Positions 42,077 to 57,000 of a stretch of 64,000 nucleotides of DNA are shown here, one piece after another (the stretch's first letter is position 1; each line of letters begins with the position of its first letter). The notes under the pieces were generated by a model, which ran no database searches, was not told where the DNA came from, and saw only the letters and a program-made list of their open reading frames with translations. Both the position numbers and the translations under genes were made by a program. The stretch lies in NCBI RefSeq assembly GCF_009914755.1, contig NC_060948.1, one strand, 5' to 3'. Origin of the DNA: the human T2T-CHM13v2.0 reference genome, Homo sapiens.

Positions 42077-45000
42077 GAATTCATTGGAATGGAAGGGAAT
42101 GTAGTGTAATGGACAGGCCTGGAATAAAGTGGAATGCTACGGTCTCGAATGGAATAAAAATGTATGGAATGGAATGCAATGAAACGGAATCGAATGTCAT
42201 AGAATGTAATGGAATGCAAAGAAATGGAATCCAAAATCATTGACTGGAAAGGCTGGGTGTCGAAAGGAATTGACTCCAATGGAATGGAATCGAATGGAAT
42301 GGAAGTGAATAGAATCGAACTAAATCGAATGGAATGGAATTGATAGGAACGGAATGGAAAGGAATGCAATGATTTGGCATGGAATGGAATCGAATGGCAT
42401 CGAATGGAATGGAATGGAATGCAATGGAATGGAATGTATTAGAATGTAATGAACTTTAATGGAATGTACTCGAATGGATTCGACTGGAATGGAATGTTCT
42501 GGAAGTGAATGGACTCCAATGGAATGGATTCAAAAGGAATGGAATCGTACGGAATGGAATCTAATGGAATGGAATTAAATGGAAATGAATCAAATTGAAT
42601 AGCACGGAATTGAATTGAATGGAATGGAATGCAATGGAATCTAATGAAACGGAAAGGAAAGGAATGGAATGGAATGGAATGGACTGGAATGGAAAGGAAT
42701 CGAAACGAATGGAATGGAATCGAACTGAAGAGACTGGAATGGAATGCACTGGAATGGAAGGGAGTGTAATGGAAGGTTGTCGAAAAAAATGGAATCGAAT
42801 GGAATGGAATTGAATGGAACGGAATAGAGTCGAATGGAATTGAATGGAATGGAATGGACTAGAGTGAAATGGAATCGAACCTCAAGGAATGGACAGGAAT
42901 AGAATGGTCTCGAATTGAATGGAATCGTATGGAATGGCATCAAACGGAATGGAATGGACAGCCACGGAATGGAATGCACTCGAATGCAATGGAGTCGAAA
43001 CTAATGGACTGGAATAGAATGGACTCGACTGGTACGGACTCCAATGGAATGGAATCGAATGGAAGGGAATCGAACGGAAGGGAATCGAACGGAATGGACT
43101 CGAAGGGAAAAGACTGCAATAGAAAGGTCTCGAATGGAATGGAAATTAATGGAATGGAATGGAATCGAATGAAATGGAGTCAAAAGGAATGGAATCGAAT
43201 GGCAAGAAATGGAATGTAATGGAATCGCCAGGAATTGATGTGAACGGAGCGGAATGGAATGGAATCCAAAGGAATGGAATAGAATGGAATGGAATCGAAT
43301 GGAAAGGACTCGAATGGAAATCACTCGAATAGAATGCAATTTAATAAAATAGGATCAAATGTAATGGAATGGAATGGAAAGGAATCGAAACGAAAGGAAT
43401 GGAGACAGATGGAATGGAATGGAACAGAGAGCAATGGTATAGAATGGAATGGAATCATCTGGAATGGAATTGAATGGAATGGAATGGAATGCCCTTGAAT
43501 TAAATGGACTGGAATGGAATGGACTCAAACAGAGTGGAATGGAAAGTGTTGAGATAGAATGGAATGAACTCCTTTGGAATGGTCTAGTAGGCAATGCAAT
43601 CGACTGGCAGGGAATCAAAAGGAATGTAATCGAATGGATTGGACTGGAATGCAATGGACTCGAATAGATTGGAAACGGAATGCAAAGGAATGGAATGGAA
43701 TAGTATGGAATGGAATGGAAAGGAATGGAGTGGAATAGACTAGAGTGGAATGGAATGGACTGGAAAGCAATGGACTGGAATGGAACTTTCTTGAATGGAC
43801 TGGAATCAAACGGAATGGAATGCAATGCAATCAAATGGCATGGAATAAAATAGAATGAAAGAGAATCAAATGGAATTGAATCGAATGGAATCGAATGGAT
43901 TGGAAAGGAATAGAACGGAATGGAATGGAATTGACTCAAATGGAATGGACTAGAATGGAATGGATTCGAATGGAAGACAAAGGAATGGAATCTATTGGAA
44001 TGGACTGTAATGGAATGGAATGGAAGGGATTGGAATGGACTCGAATGGAATGGACTGCAATAGAAAGGATTCGAATGGAATGAAAAAGAATTGAATGGAA
44101 TAGAACAGAATGGAATCAAATCGAATGAAATGGAATGGAATAGAAAGGAATGGAATGAAATGGAATGAAAAGGATTCGAATGGAATGCAATCGAATGGAA
44201 TGGAATCGAACGGAATGGAATAAAATGGAAGAAAACTGGCAATAAATGGAATCGAAATGAATGGAGTGTTATGGAACGGACTCAAAAGGAATTGAATGTA
44301 ATAGAATGGAGTGGAGTGGACTCGAATATAATGGACTGGAATGGAATGAAATCACATGGAATGGGAACGAATGGAATGGAATGGAAAGGAATGGAATCGA
44401 ATGGAAAGGAATCGAATGGAGGGAATGAAATTGAATCAACAGGAATGGAAGGGAATAGAATAGACGGTAATGGAATGGACTCGAATAGAATGGACACGAA
44501 TGCTCAAATTGAATGGACTCGAATGGAATGGAAACGAAAGGAATGTCATCGAATGGAATTGAATCGATTGGAATGAAATCGCATAGAATGGAGTGGAATC
44601 AAATGGAATTGAATCGAAAGGAAAGGAAGCGAATGGACTGAAATGAAATGGAATGGAATTGAATGGAAAGTAATGCAATGGAATAGAATGGAACGAAATT
44701 TCACGGAATGGAATCAAACTGAATGGAATCAAATCAATGGAATCAAATCAAATGGAATGGAAAGGAATTGAATGGAGTAGATTGGATTGGATGGGATTGG
44801 AATGAAATGTACTGGAAAGGACTCGAATTTCATGAAACGGAATGGAATGAATTGGAACGGAATGGACTCGAATGGAATGGAATGTCATGGGATGGCATCA
44901 AATGGAATGGCATCAAATGGAATGGAATCGAATGCAATGGAATGCTATGGAATGGAATGGAATGCATTGGAATGGAATGTCCTCTAATGGAATGGATTCG

Positions 45001-48000
45001 AGTGGAATGGAATTGAATATAATGGAGTCGAATGAAATGGAATTGAAAAGAATGGGATCGAATACAATGGAATATACTGGAATGTAACGTAATGAACTCG
45101 AATGTAATTGACTGGAATGGAATGTACATGAATGGAATGTAATCGAATGGAAAGTAATCCAATGGAATAGAATCTAATGCAATAAAATCGACTCAGATAG
45201 AGTAGAATGTAATGGAATGGAGTGTTGTGCAATGGAATGGAATGGAATGGAATGCAATGGAATGGAATGGAATGGAATGGGATGGAATGGTATGGAATGG
45301 ATAGTAATGGACTGGAGTGAAATGGACTGGAAAGGAATGGACTCAAATTGAAAGGGCACGAAAGGAATGGAGTCAAATGGAATGGTCTGGAATGGAATGA
45401 ACACGAATGTAATGCAACCCAATAGAATGGAATCGAATGGCATGGAATATAAAGAAATGGAATCGAAGAGAATGGAAACAAATGGAATGGAATTGAATGG
45501 AATGTGAACGAATGGAGTGAAATTGTATGCAGTAGAAGAGAATAGAATGGAATGCAAGCGAAAGGAAAGGAATGGATTGGAATGGAATGGAATTCATTGG
45601 AATGGAAGGGAATGTAGTGTAATGGACAGGCCTGGAATAAAGTGGAATGCTACGGTCTCGAATGGAATAAAAATGTATGGAATGGAATGCAATGAAACGG
45701 AATCGAATGTCATAGAATGTAATGGAATGCAACAAAATGGAATCCAAAATCATTGACTGGAAAGGCTGGGTGTCGAAAGGAATTGACTCCAATGGAATGG
45801 AATCGAATGGAATGGAAGTGAATAGAATCGAACTAAATCGAATGGAATGGAATTGATAGGAACGGAATGGAAAAGAATGCAATGATTTGGCATGGAATGG
45901 AATCGAATGGCATCGAATGGAATGGAATGGAATGCAATGGAATGGAATGTATTAGAATGGAATGAACTTTAATGGAATGTACTCGAATGGATTCGACTGG
46001 AATGGAATGTTCTGGAAGTGAATGGACTCCAATGGAATGGATTCAAAAGGAATGGAATCGTACGGAATGGAATCTAATGGAATGGAATTAAATGGAAATG
46101 AATCAAATTGAATAGCACGGAATTGAATTGAATGGAATGGAATGCAATGGAATCTAATGAAACGGAAAGGAAAGGAATGGAATGGAATGGAATGGGCTGG
46201 AATGGAAAGGAATCGAAACGAATGGAATGGAATCGAACTGAAGAGACTGGAATGGAATGCACTGGAATGGAAGGGAGTGTAATGGAAGGTTCTCGAAAAA
46301 AATGGAATCGAATGGAATGGAATTGAATGGAACGGAATAGAGTCGAATGGAATTGAATGGAATGGAATGGACTAGAGTGAAATGGAATCGAACCACAAGG
46401 AATGGAGAGGAATAGAATGGTCTCGAATTGAATGGAATCGTATGGAATGGCATCAAACGGAATGGAATGGACAGCCACGGAATGGAATGCACTCGAATGC
46501 AATGGAGTCGAAACTAATGGACTGGAATAGAATGGACTCGACTGGTACGGACTCCAATGGAATGGAATCGAATGGAAGGGAATCGAACGGAATGGACTCG
46601 AAGGGAAAAGACTGCAATGGAAAGGTCTCGAATGGAATGGAAATTAATGGGATGGAATGGAATCGAATGAAATGGAGTCAAAAGGAATGGAATCGAATGG
46701 CAAGAAATCGAATGTAATGGAATCGCAAGGAATTGATGTGAACGGAACGGAATGGAATGGAATCCAAAGGAATGGAATAGAATGGAATGGAATCGAATGG
46801 AAAGGACTCGAATGGAAATCACTCGAATAGAATGCAATTTAATAAAATAGGATCAAATGTAATAGAATGGAATGGAAAGGAATCGAAACGGAAGGAATGG
46901 AGACAGATGGAATGGAATGGAACAGAGAGCAATGGTATAGAATGGAATGGAATCATCTGGAATGGAATTGAATGGAATGGAATAATATGAAATGGAATGG
47001 AATGGAATGGAATGGAATGCCCTTGAATTAAATGGACTGGAATGGAATGGACTCGAACAGAGTGGAATGGAAAGTGTTGACATAGAATGGAATGGACTCC
47101 TTTGGAATGGTGTACTATGCAATGCAATCGACTGGCAGGGAATCAAAAGGAATGTAATCGAATGGATTGGACTGGAATGCAATGGACTCGAATAGATTGC
47201 AAACGGAATGCAAAGGAATGGAATGGAATAGTATGGAATGGAATGGAAAGGAATGGAGTGGAATAGACTAGAGTGGAATGGAATGGACTGGAAAGCAATG
47301 GACTGGAATGGAACTTTCTTGAATGGACTGGAATCAAACGGAATGGAATGCAATGCAATCAAAAGGCATGGAATAAAATAGAATGAAAGAGAATCAAATG
47401 GAATTGAATCGAATGGAATCGAATGGATTGGAAAGGAATAGAATGGAATGGAATGGAATGGACTAGAATGGAATGGATTCGAATGGAAGGCAAAGGAATG
47501 GAATCTATTGGAATGGACTGTAATGGAATGGAATGGAAGGGATTGGAATGGACTCGAATGGAATGGACTGCAATAGAAAGGATTCGAATGGAATGAAAAA
47601 GAATTGAATGGAATAGAACAGAATGGAATCAAATCGAATGAAATGGAATGGAATAGAAAGGAATGGAATGAAATGGAATGGAAAGGATTCGAATGGAATG
47701 CAATCGAAAGGAATGGAATCGAACGGAATGGAATAAAATGGAAGAAAACTGGCAAGAAAGGGAATCGATATGAATGGAGTGTTATGGAACGGACTCAAAA
47801 GGAATTGAATGTAATAGAATGGAGTGGAGTGGACTCGAATATAATGGACTGGAATGGAATGAAATCACATGGAATGGGAACGAATGGAAAGGAATGGAAA
47901 GGAATGGAATCGAATGGAAAGGAATCGAATGGAAGGGAATGAAATTGAATCAACAGGAATGGAAGGGAATAGAATAGACGGTAATGGAATGGACTCGAAT

Positions 48001-51000
48001 AGAATGGACACGAATGCTGAAATTGAATGGACTCGAATGGAATGGAAACGAAAGGAATGTCATCGAATGGAATTGAATCGATTGGAATGAAATCGCATAG
48101 AATGGAGTGGAATCAAATGGAATTGAATCGAAAGGAAAGGAAGCGAATGGACTGAAATGAAATGGAATGGAATTGAATGGAAAGTAATGCAATGGAATAG
48201 AATGGAACGAAATTTCACGGAATGGAATCAAACTGAATGGAATCAAATCAATGGAATCCAATCAAATGGAATGGAGTAGATTGGATTGGATGGGATTGGA
48301 ATGAAATGTACTGGAAAGGACTCGAATTTCATGAAACGGAATGGAATGAATTGGAACGGAATGGACTCGAATGGAATGGAATGTCATAGAATGGCATCAA
48401 ATGGAATGGCATCAAATGGAATGGAATCGAATGCAATGGAATGCTATGGAATGGAATGGAATGCATTGGAATGGAATGTCCTCTAATGGAATGGATTCGA
48501 GTGGAATGGAATCGAATATAATGGAGTCGAATGAAATTTAATTGAAAGGAATGGGATCGAATACAATGGAATATACTGGAATGTAATGTAATGAACTGGA
48601 ATGTAATTGACTGGAATGGAATGTACATGAATGGAATGTAATCGAATGGAAAGTAATCCAATGGAATAGAATCTAATGCAATAAAATCGACTCAGATAGA
48701 GTAGAATGTAATGGAATGGAGTGCAGTGCAATGGAATGGAATGGAATGGAATGCAATGGAATGGAATGGAATGGAATGGAATGGAATGGAATGGAATGGA
48801 ATGGGATGGAATGGTATGGAATGGATAGTAATGGACTGGAGTGAAATGGACTGGAAAGGAATGGACTCAAATTGAAAGGGCTCGAAAGGAATGGAGTCAA
48901 ATGGAATGGTCTGGAATGGAATGAACACGAATGTAATGCAATCCAATAGAATGGAATCGAATGGCATGGAATATAAAGAAATGGAATCGAAGAGAATGGA
49001 AACAAATGGAATGGAATTGAATGGAATGGAATTGAATGGAATGGGAACGAATGGAGTGAAATTGTATGCAGTAGAAGGGAATAGAATGGAATGCAAGCGA
49101 AAGGAAAGGAATGGATTGGAATGGAATGGAATTCATTGGAATGGAAGGGAATGTAGTGTAATGGACAGGCCTGGAATAAAGTGGAATGCTACGGTCTCGA
49201 ATGGAATAAAAATGTATGGAATGGAATGCAATGAAACGGAATCGAATGTCATAGAATGTAATGGAATGCAAAAAAATGGAATCCAAAATCATTGACTGGA
49301 AAGGCTGGGTGTCGAAAGGAATTGACTGCAATGGAATGGAATCAAATGGAATGGAAGTGAATAGAATCGAACTAAATCGAATGGAATGGAATTGATAGGA
49401 ACGGAATGGAAAGGAATGCAATGATTTGGCATGGAATGGAATCGAATGGCATCGAATGGAATGGAATGGAATGCAATGGAATGGAATGTATTAGAATGTA
49501 ATGAACATTAGTGGAATGTACTCGAAAGGATTCGACTGGAATGGAATGTTCTGGAAGTGAATGGACTCCAATAGAATGGATTCGAAAGGAATGGAATCGA
49601 ACGGAATGGATTCTAATGGAATGGAATTAAATGGAAATGAATCAAATTGAATAGCACGGAATTGAATTGAATGGAATGGAATGCAATGGAATCTAATGAA
49701 ACGGAAAGGAAAGAATGGAATGGAATAGAATGGGCTGGAATGGAAAGGAATCGAAACGAATGGAATGGAAGCGAACTGAAGAGACTGGAATGGAATGCAC
49801 TGGAATGGAAGGGAGTGTAATGGAAGGTTCTCGAAAAAAATGGAATCGAATGGAATGGAATTGAATGGAACAGAATAGAGTCGAATGGAATTGAATGGAA
49901 TGGAATGGACTAGAGTGAAATGGAATCGAACCACAAGGAATGGACTGGAATAGAATGGTCTCGAATTGAATGGAATCGTACGGAATGGCATCAAACGGAA
50001 TGGAATGGACAGCCACGGAATGGAATGCACTCGAATGCAATGGAGTCGAAACTAATGGACTGGAATAGAATGGACTCGACTGGTACGGACTCCAATGGAA
50101 TGGAATCGAATGGAAGGGAATCGAACGGAATGGACTCGAAGGGAAAAGACTGTAATGGAAAGGTCTCGAATGGAATGGAAATTAATGGGATGGAATGGAA
50201 TCGAATGAAATGGAGTCAGAAGGAATGGAATCGAATGGCAAGAAATCGAATGTAATGGAATCGCAAGGAATTGATGTGAACGGAACGGAATGGAATGGAA
50301 TCCAAAGGAATGGAATAGAATGGAATGGAATCGAATGGAAAGGACTCGAATGGAAATCACTCGAATAGAATGCAATTTAATAAAATAGGATCAAATGTAA
50401 TATAATGGAATGGAAAGGAATCGAAACGGAAGGAATGGAGACAGGTGGAATGGAATGGAACAGAGAGCAATGGTATAGAATGGAATGGAATCATCTGGAA
50501 TGGAATTGAATGGAATGGAATAATATGAAATGGAATGGAATGGAATGGAATGGAATGCCCTTGAATTAAATGGACTGGACTCGAACAGAGTGGAATGGAA
50601 AGTGTTGAGATAGAATGGAATGGACTCCTTTGGAATGGTGTAGTATGCAATGCAATCGACTGGCAGGGAATCAAAAGGAATGTAATCGAATGGATTGGAC
50701 TGGAATGCAATGGACTCGAATAGATTGGAAACGGAATGCAAAGGAATGGAATGGAATAGTATGGAATGCAATGGAAGGGAATGGAGTGGAATAGACTAGA
50801 GTGGAATGGAATGGACTGGAAAGCAATGGACTGGAATGGAACTTTCTTGGATGGATTGGAATCAAACGGAATGGAATGCAATGCAATCAAATGGCATGGA
50901 ATAAAATAGAATGAAAGAGAATCAAATGGAATTGAATCGAATGGAATCGAATGGATTGGAAAGGAATAGAATGGAATGGAATGGAATTGACTCAAATGGA

Positions 51001-54000
51001 ATGGACTAGAATGGAATGGATTCGAATGGAAGGCAAAGGAATGGAATCTATTGGAATGGACTGTAATGGAATGGAATGGAAGGGATTGGAATGGACTCGA
51101 ATGGAATGGACTGCAATAGAAAGGATTCGAATGGAATGAAAAAGAATTGAATGGAATAGAACAGAATGGAATCAAATCGAATGAAATGGAATGGAATAGA
51201 AAGGAATGGAATGAAATGGAATGGAAAGGATTCGAATGGAATGCAATCGAATGGAATGGAATCGAACGGAATGGAATAAAATGGAAGAAAACTGGCAAGA
51301 AATGGAATCGAAATGAATGGAGTGTTATGGAACGGACTCAAAAGGAATTGAATGTAATAGAATGGAGTGGAGTGGACTCGAATATAATGGACTGGAATGG
51401 AATGAAATCACATGGAATGGGAACGAATGGAATGGAATGGAAAGGAATGGAATCGAATGGAAAGGAATCGAATGGAAGGGAATGAAATTGAATCAACACG
51501 AATGGAAGGGAATAGAATAGACTGTAATGGAATGGACTCGAATAGAATGGACACGAATGCTCAAATTAAATGGACTCGAATGGAATGGAAACGAAAGGAA
51601 TGTCATCGAATGGAATTGAATCGATTGGAATGAAATCGCATAGAATGGAGTGGAATCAAATGGAATTGAATCGAAAGGAAAGGAAGCGAATGGACTGAAA
51701 TGAAATGGAACGGAATTGAATGGAAAGTAATGCAATGGAATAGAATGGAACGAAATTTCACGGAATGGAATCAAACTGAATGGAATCAAATCAATGGAAT
51801 CAAATCAAATGGAATGGAAAGGAATTGAATGGAGTAGATGGGATTGGATGGGATTGGAATGAAATGTACTGGAAAGGACTCGAATTTCATGAAACGGAAT
51901 GGAATGAATTGGAACGGAATGGACTCGAATGGAATGGAATGTCATGGGATGGCATCAAATGGAATGGCATCAAATGGAATGGAATCGAATGCAATGGAAT
52001 GCTATGGAATGGAATGGAATGCATTGGAATGGAATGTCCTCTAATGGAATGGATTCGAGTGGAATGGAATGGAATATAGTGGAGTCGAATGAAATGGAAT
52101 TGAAAGGAATGGGATCGAATACAATGGAATATACTGGAATGTAACGTAATGAACGCGAATGTAATTGACTGGAATGGAATGTACATGAATGGAATGTAAT
52201 CGAATGGAAAGTAATCCAATGGAATAGAATCTAATGCAATAAAATCGACTCAGATAGAGTAGAATGTAATGGAATGGAGTGCAGTGCAATGGAATGGAAT
52301 GGAATGGAATGCAATGGAATGGAATGGAATGGAATGGAATGCAATGGAATGGAATGGAATGGAATGGAATGGGATGGAATGGTATGGAATGGATAGTAAT
52401 GGACTGGAGTGAAATGGACTGGAAAGGAATGGACTCAAATTGAAAGGGCTCGAAAGGAATGGAGTCAAATGGAATGGTCTGGAATGGAATGAACACGAAT
52501 GTAATGCAACCCAATAGAATGGAATCGAATGGCATGGAATATAAAGAAATGGAATCGAAGAGAATGGAAACAAATGGAATGGAATTGAATGGAATGGAAT
52601 TGAATGGAATGGGAACGAATGGAGTGAAATTGTATGCAGTAGAAGAGAATAGAATGGAATGCAAGCGAAAGGAAAGGAATGGATTGGAATGGAATGGAAT
52701 TCATTGGAATGGAAGGGAATGTAGTGTAATGGACAGGCCTGGAATAAAGTGGAATGCTACGGTCTCGAATGGAATAAAAATGTATGGAATGGAATGCAAT
52801 GAAACGGAATCGAATGTCATAGAATGTAATGGAATGCAACAAAATGGAATCCAAAATCATTGACTGGAAAGGCTGGGTGTCGAAAGGAATTGACTCCAAT
52901 GGAATGGAATCGAATGGAATGGAAGTGAATAGAATCGAACTAAATCGAATGGAATGGAATTGATAGGAACGGAATGGAAAGGAATGCAATGATTTGGCAT
53001 GGAATGGAATCGAATGGCATCGAATGGAATGGAATGGATTGCAATGGAATGGAATGTATTAGAATGTAATGAACTTTAATGGAATGTACTCGAATGGATT
53101 CGACTGGAATGGAATGTTCTGGAAGTGAATGGACTCCAATGGAATGGATTCAAAAGGAATGGAATCGTACGGAATGGAATCTAATGGAATGGAATTAAAT
53201 GGAAATGAATCAAATTGAATAGCACGGAATTGAATTGAATGGAATGGAATGCAATGGAATCTAATGAAACGGAAAGGAAAGGAATGGAATGGAATGGAAT
53301 GGGCTGGAATGGAAAGGAATCGAAACGAATGGAATGGAATCGAAGTGAAGAGACTGGAATGGAATGCACTGGAATGGAAGGGAGTGTAATGGAAGGTTCT
53401 CGAAAAAAATGGAATCGAATGGAATGGAATTGAATGGAACGGAATAGAGTCGAATGGAATTGAATGGAATGGAATGGACTAGAGTGAAATGGAATCGAAC
53501 CACAAGGAATGGACAGGAATAGAATGGTCTCGAATTGAATGGAATCGTATGGAATGGCATCAAACGGAATGGAATGGACAGCCACGGAATGGAATGCACT
53601 CGAATGCAATGGAGTCGAAACTAATGGACTGGAATAGAATGGACTCGACTGGTACGGACTCCAATGGAATGGAATCGAATGGAAGGGAATCGAACGGAAG
53701 GGATTCGAACGGAATGGACTCGAAGGGAAAAGACTGCAATGGAAAGGTCTCGAATGGAATGGTAATTAATGGAATGGAATGGAATCGAATGAAATGGAGT
53801 CAAAAGGAATGGAATCGAATGGCAAGAAATCGAATGTAATGGAATCGCAAGGAATTGATGTGAACGGAACGGAATGGAATGGAATCCAAAGGAATGGAAT
53901 AGAATGGAATGGAATCGAATGGAAAGGACTCGAATGGAAATCACTCGAATAGAATGCAATTTAATAAAGTAGGATCAAATGTAATGGAATGGAATGGAAA

Positions 54001-57000
54001 GGAATCGAAACGAAAGGAATGGAGACAGATGGAATGGAATGGAACAGAGAGCAATGGTATAGAATGGAATGGAATCATCTGGAATGGAATTGAATGGAAT
54101 GGAATAATATGAAATGGAATGGAATGGAATGGAATGGAATGCCCTTGAATTAAATGGACTGGAATGGAATGGACTCAAACAGAGTGGAATGGAAAGTGTG
54201 GAGATAGAATGGAATGAACTCCTTTGGAATGGTGTAGTATGCAATGCAATCGACTGGCAGGGAATCAAAAGGAATGTAATCGAATGGATTGGACTGGAAT
54301 GCAATGGACTCGAATAGATTGGAAACGGAATGCAAAGGAATGGAATGGAATAGTATGGAATGCAATGGAAGGGAATGGAGTGGAATAGACTAGAGTGGAA
54401 TGGAATGGACTGGAAAGCAATGGACTGGAATGGAACTTTCTTGGATGGACTGGAATCAAACGGAATGGAATGCAATGCAATCAAATGGCATGGAATAAAA
54501 TAGAATGAAAGAGAATCAAATGGAATTGAATCGAATGGAATCGAATGGATTGGAAAGGAATAGAATGGAATGGAATGGAATTGACTCAAATGGAATGGAC
54601 TAGAATGGAATGGATTCGAATGGAAGGCAAAGGAATGGAATCTATTGGAATGGACTGTAATGGAATGGAATGGAAGGGATTGGAATGGACTCGAATGGAA
54701 TGGACTGCAATAGAAAGGATTCGAATGTAATGAAAAAGAATTGAATGGAATAGAACAGAATGGAATCAAATCGAATGAAATGGAATGGAATAGAAAGGAA
54801 TGGAATGAAATGGAATGGAAAGGATTCGAATGGAATGCAATCGAATGGAATGGAATCGAACGGAATGGAATAAAATGGAAGAAAACTGGCAAGAAATGGA
54901 ATCGAAATGAATGGAGTGTTATGGAACGGACTCAAAAGGAATTGAATGTAATAGAATGGAGTGGAGTGGACTCGAATATAATGGACTGGAATGGAATGAA
55001 ATCACATGGAATGGGAACGAATGGAATGGAATGGAAAGGAATGGAATCGAATGGAAAGTAATCGAATGGAAGGGAATGAAATTGAATCAACACGAATGGA
55101 AGGGAATAGAATACACTGTAATGGAATGGACTCGAATAGAATGGACACGAATGCTCAAATTAAATGGACTCGAATGGAATGGAAACGAAAGGAATGTCAT
55201 CGAATGGAATTGAATCGATTGGAATGAAATCGCATAGAATGGAGTGGAATCAAATGGAATTGAATCGAAAGGAAAGGAAGCGAATGGACTGAAATGAAAT
55301 GGAATGGAATTGAATGGAAAGTAATGCAATGGAATAGAATGGAACGAAATTTCACGGAATGGAATCAAACTGAATGGAATCAAATCAATGGAATCAAATC
55401 AAATGGAATGGAAAGGAATTGAATGGAGTAGATGGGATTGGATGGGACTGGAATGAAATGTACTGGAAAGGACTCGAATTTCATGAAACGGAATGGAATG
55501 AATTGGAACGGAATGGACTCGAATGGAATGGAATGTCATGGGATGGCATCAAATGGAATGACATCAAATGGAATGGAATCGAATGCAATGGAATGCTATG
55601 GAATGGAATGGAATGCATTGGAATGGAATGTCCGCTAATGGAATGGATTCGAGTGGAATGGAATTGAATATAATGGAGTCGAATGAAATGGAATTGAAAG
55701 GAATGGGATCGAATACAATGGAATATACTGGAATGTAACGTAATGAACTCGAATGTAATTGACTGGAATGGAATGTACATGAATGGAATGTAATCGAATG
55801 GAAAGTAATCCAATGGAATAGAATCTAATGCAATAAAATCGACTCAGATAGAGTAGAATGTAATGGAATGGAGTGCAGTGCAATGGAATGGAATGGAATG
55901 GAATGCAATGGAATGGAATGGAATGGAATGGAATGGAATGGAATGGAATGGAATGGGATGGAATGGTATGGAATGGATAGTAATGGACTGGAGTGAAATG
56001 GACTGGAAAGGAATGGACTCAAATTGAAAGGGCTCGAAAGGAATGGAGTCAAATTGAATGGTCTGGAATGGAATGAACACGAATGTAATGCAACCCAATA
56101 GAATGGAATCGAATGGCATGGAATATAAAGAAATGGAATTGAAGAGAATGGAAACAAATGGAATGGAATTGAATGGAATGGAATTGAATGGAATGGAAAC
56201 GAATGGAGTGAAATTGTATGCAGTAGAAGAGAATAGAATGGAATGCAAGCGAAAGGAAAGGAATGGATTGGAATGGAATGGAATTCATTGGAATGGAAGG
56301 GAATGTAGTGTAATGGACAGGCCTGGAATAAAGTGGAATGCTACGGTCTCGAATGGAATAAAAATGTATGGAATGGAATGCAATGAAACGGAATCGAATG
56401 TCATAGAATGTAATGGAATGCAAAAAAATGGAATCCAAAATCATTGACTGGAAAGGCTGGGTGTCGAAAGGAATTGACTCCAATGGAATGGAATCGAATG
56501 GAATGGAAGTGAATAGAATCGAACTAAATCGAATGGAATGGAATTGATAGGAACGGAATGGAAAGGAATGCAATGATTTGGCATGGAATGGAATCGAATG
56601 GCATCGAATGGAATGGAATGGAATGCAATGGAATGGAATGTATTAGAATGTAATGAACTTTAATGGAATGTACTCGAATGGATTCGACTGGAATGGAATG
56701 TTCTGGAAGTGAATGGACTCCAATGGAATGGATTCAAAAGGAATGGAATCGTACGGAATGGAATCTAATGGAATGGAATTAAATGGAAATGAATCAAATT
56801 GAATAGCACGGAATTGAATTGAATGGAATGGAATGCAAAGGAATCTAATGAAACGGAAAGGAAAGGAATGGAATGGAATGGAATGGACTGGAATGGAAAG
56901 GAATCGAAACGAATGGAATGGAATCGAACTGAAGAGACTGGAATGGAATGCACTGGAATGGAAGGGAGTGTAATGGAAGGTTCTCGAAAAAAATGGAATC

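Noticed and set aside
1-42243. A perfect 38.3-kb tandem higher-order repeat
   Set aside because: Similarity between the two deletion-bearing regions holds for only ~4 kb. Units after 4 kb and after 42.3 kb differ in lengths and markers.
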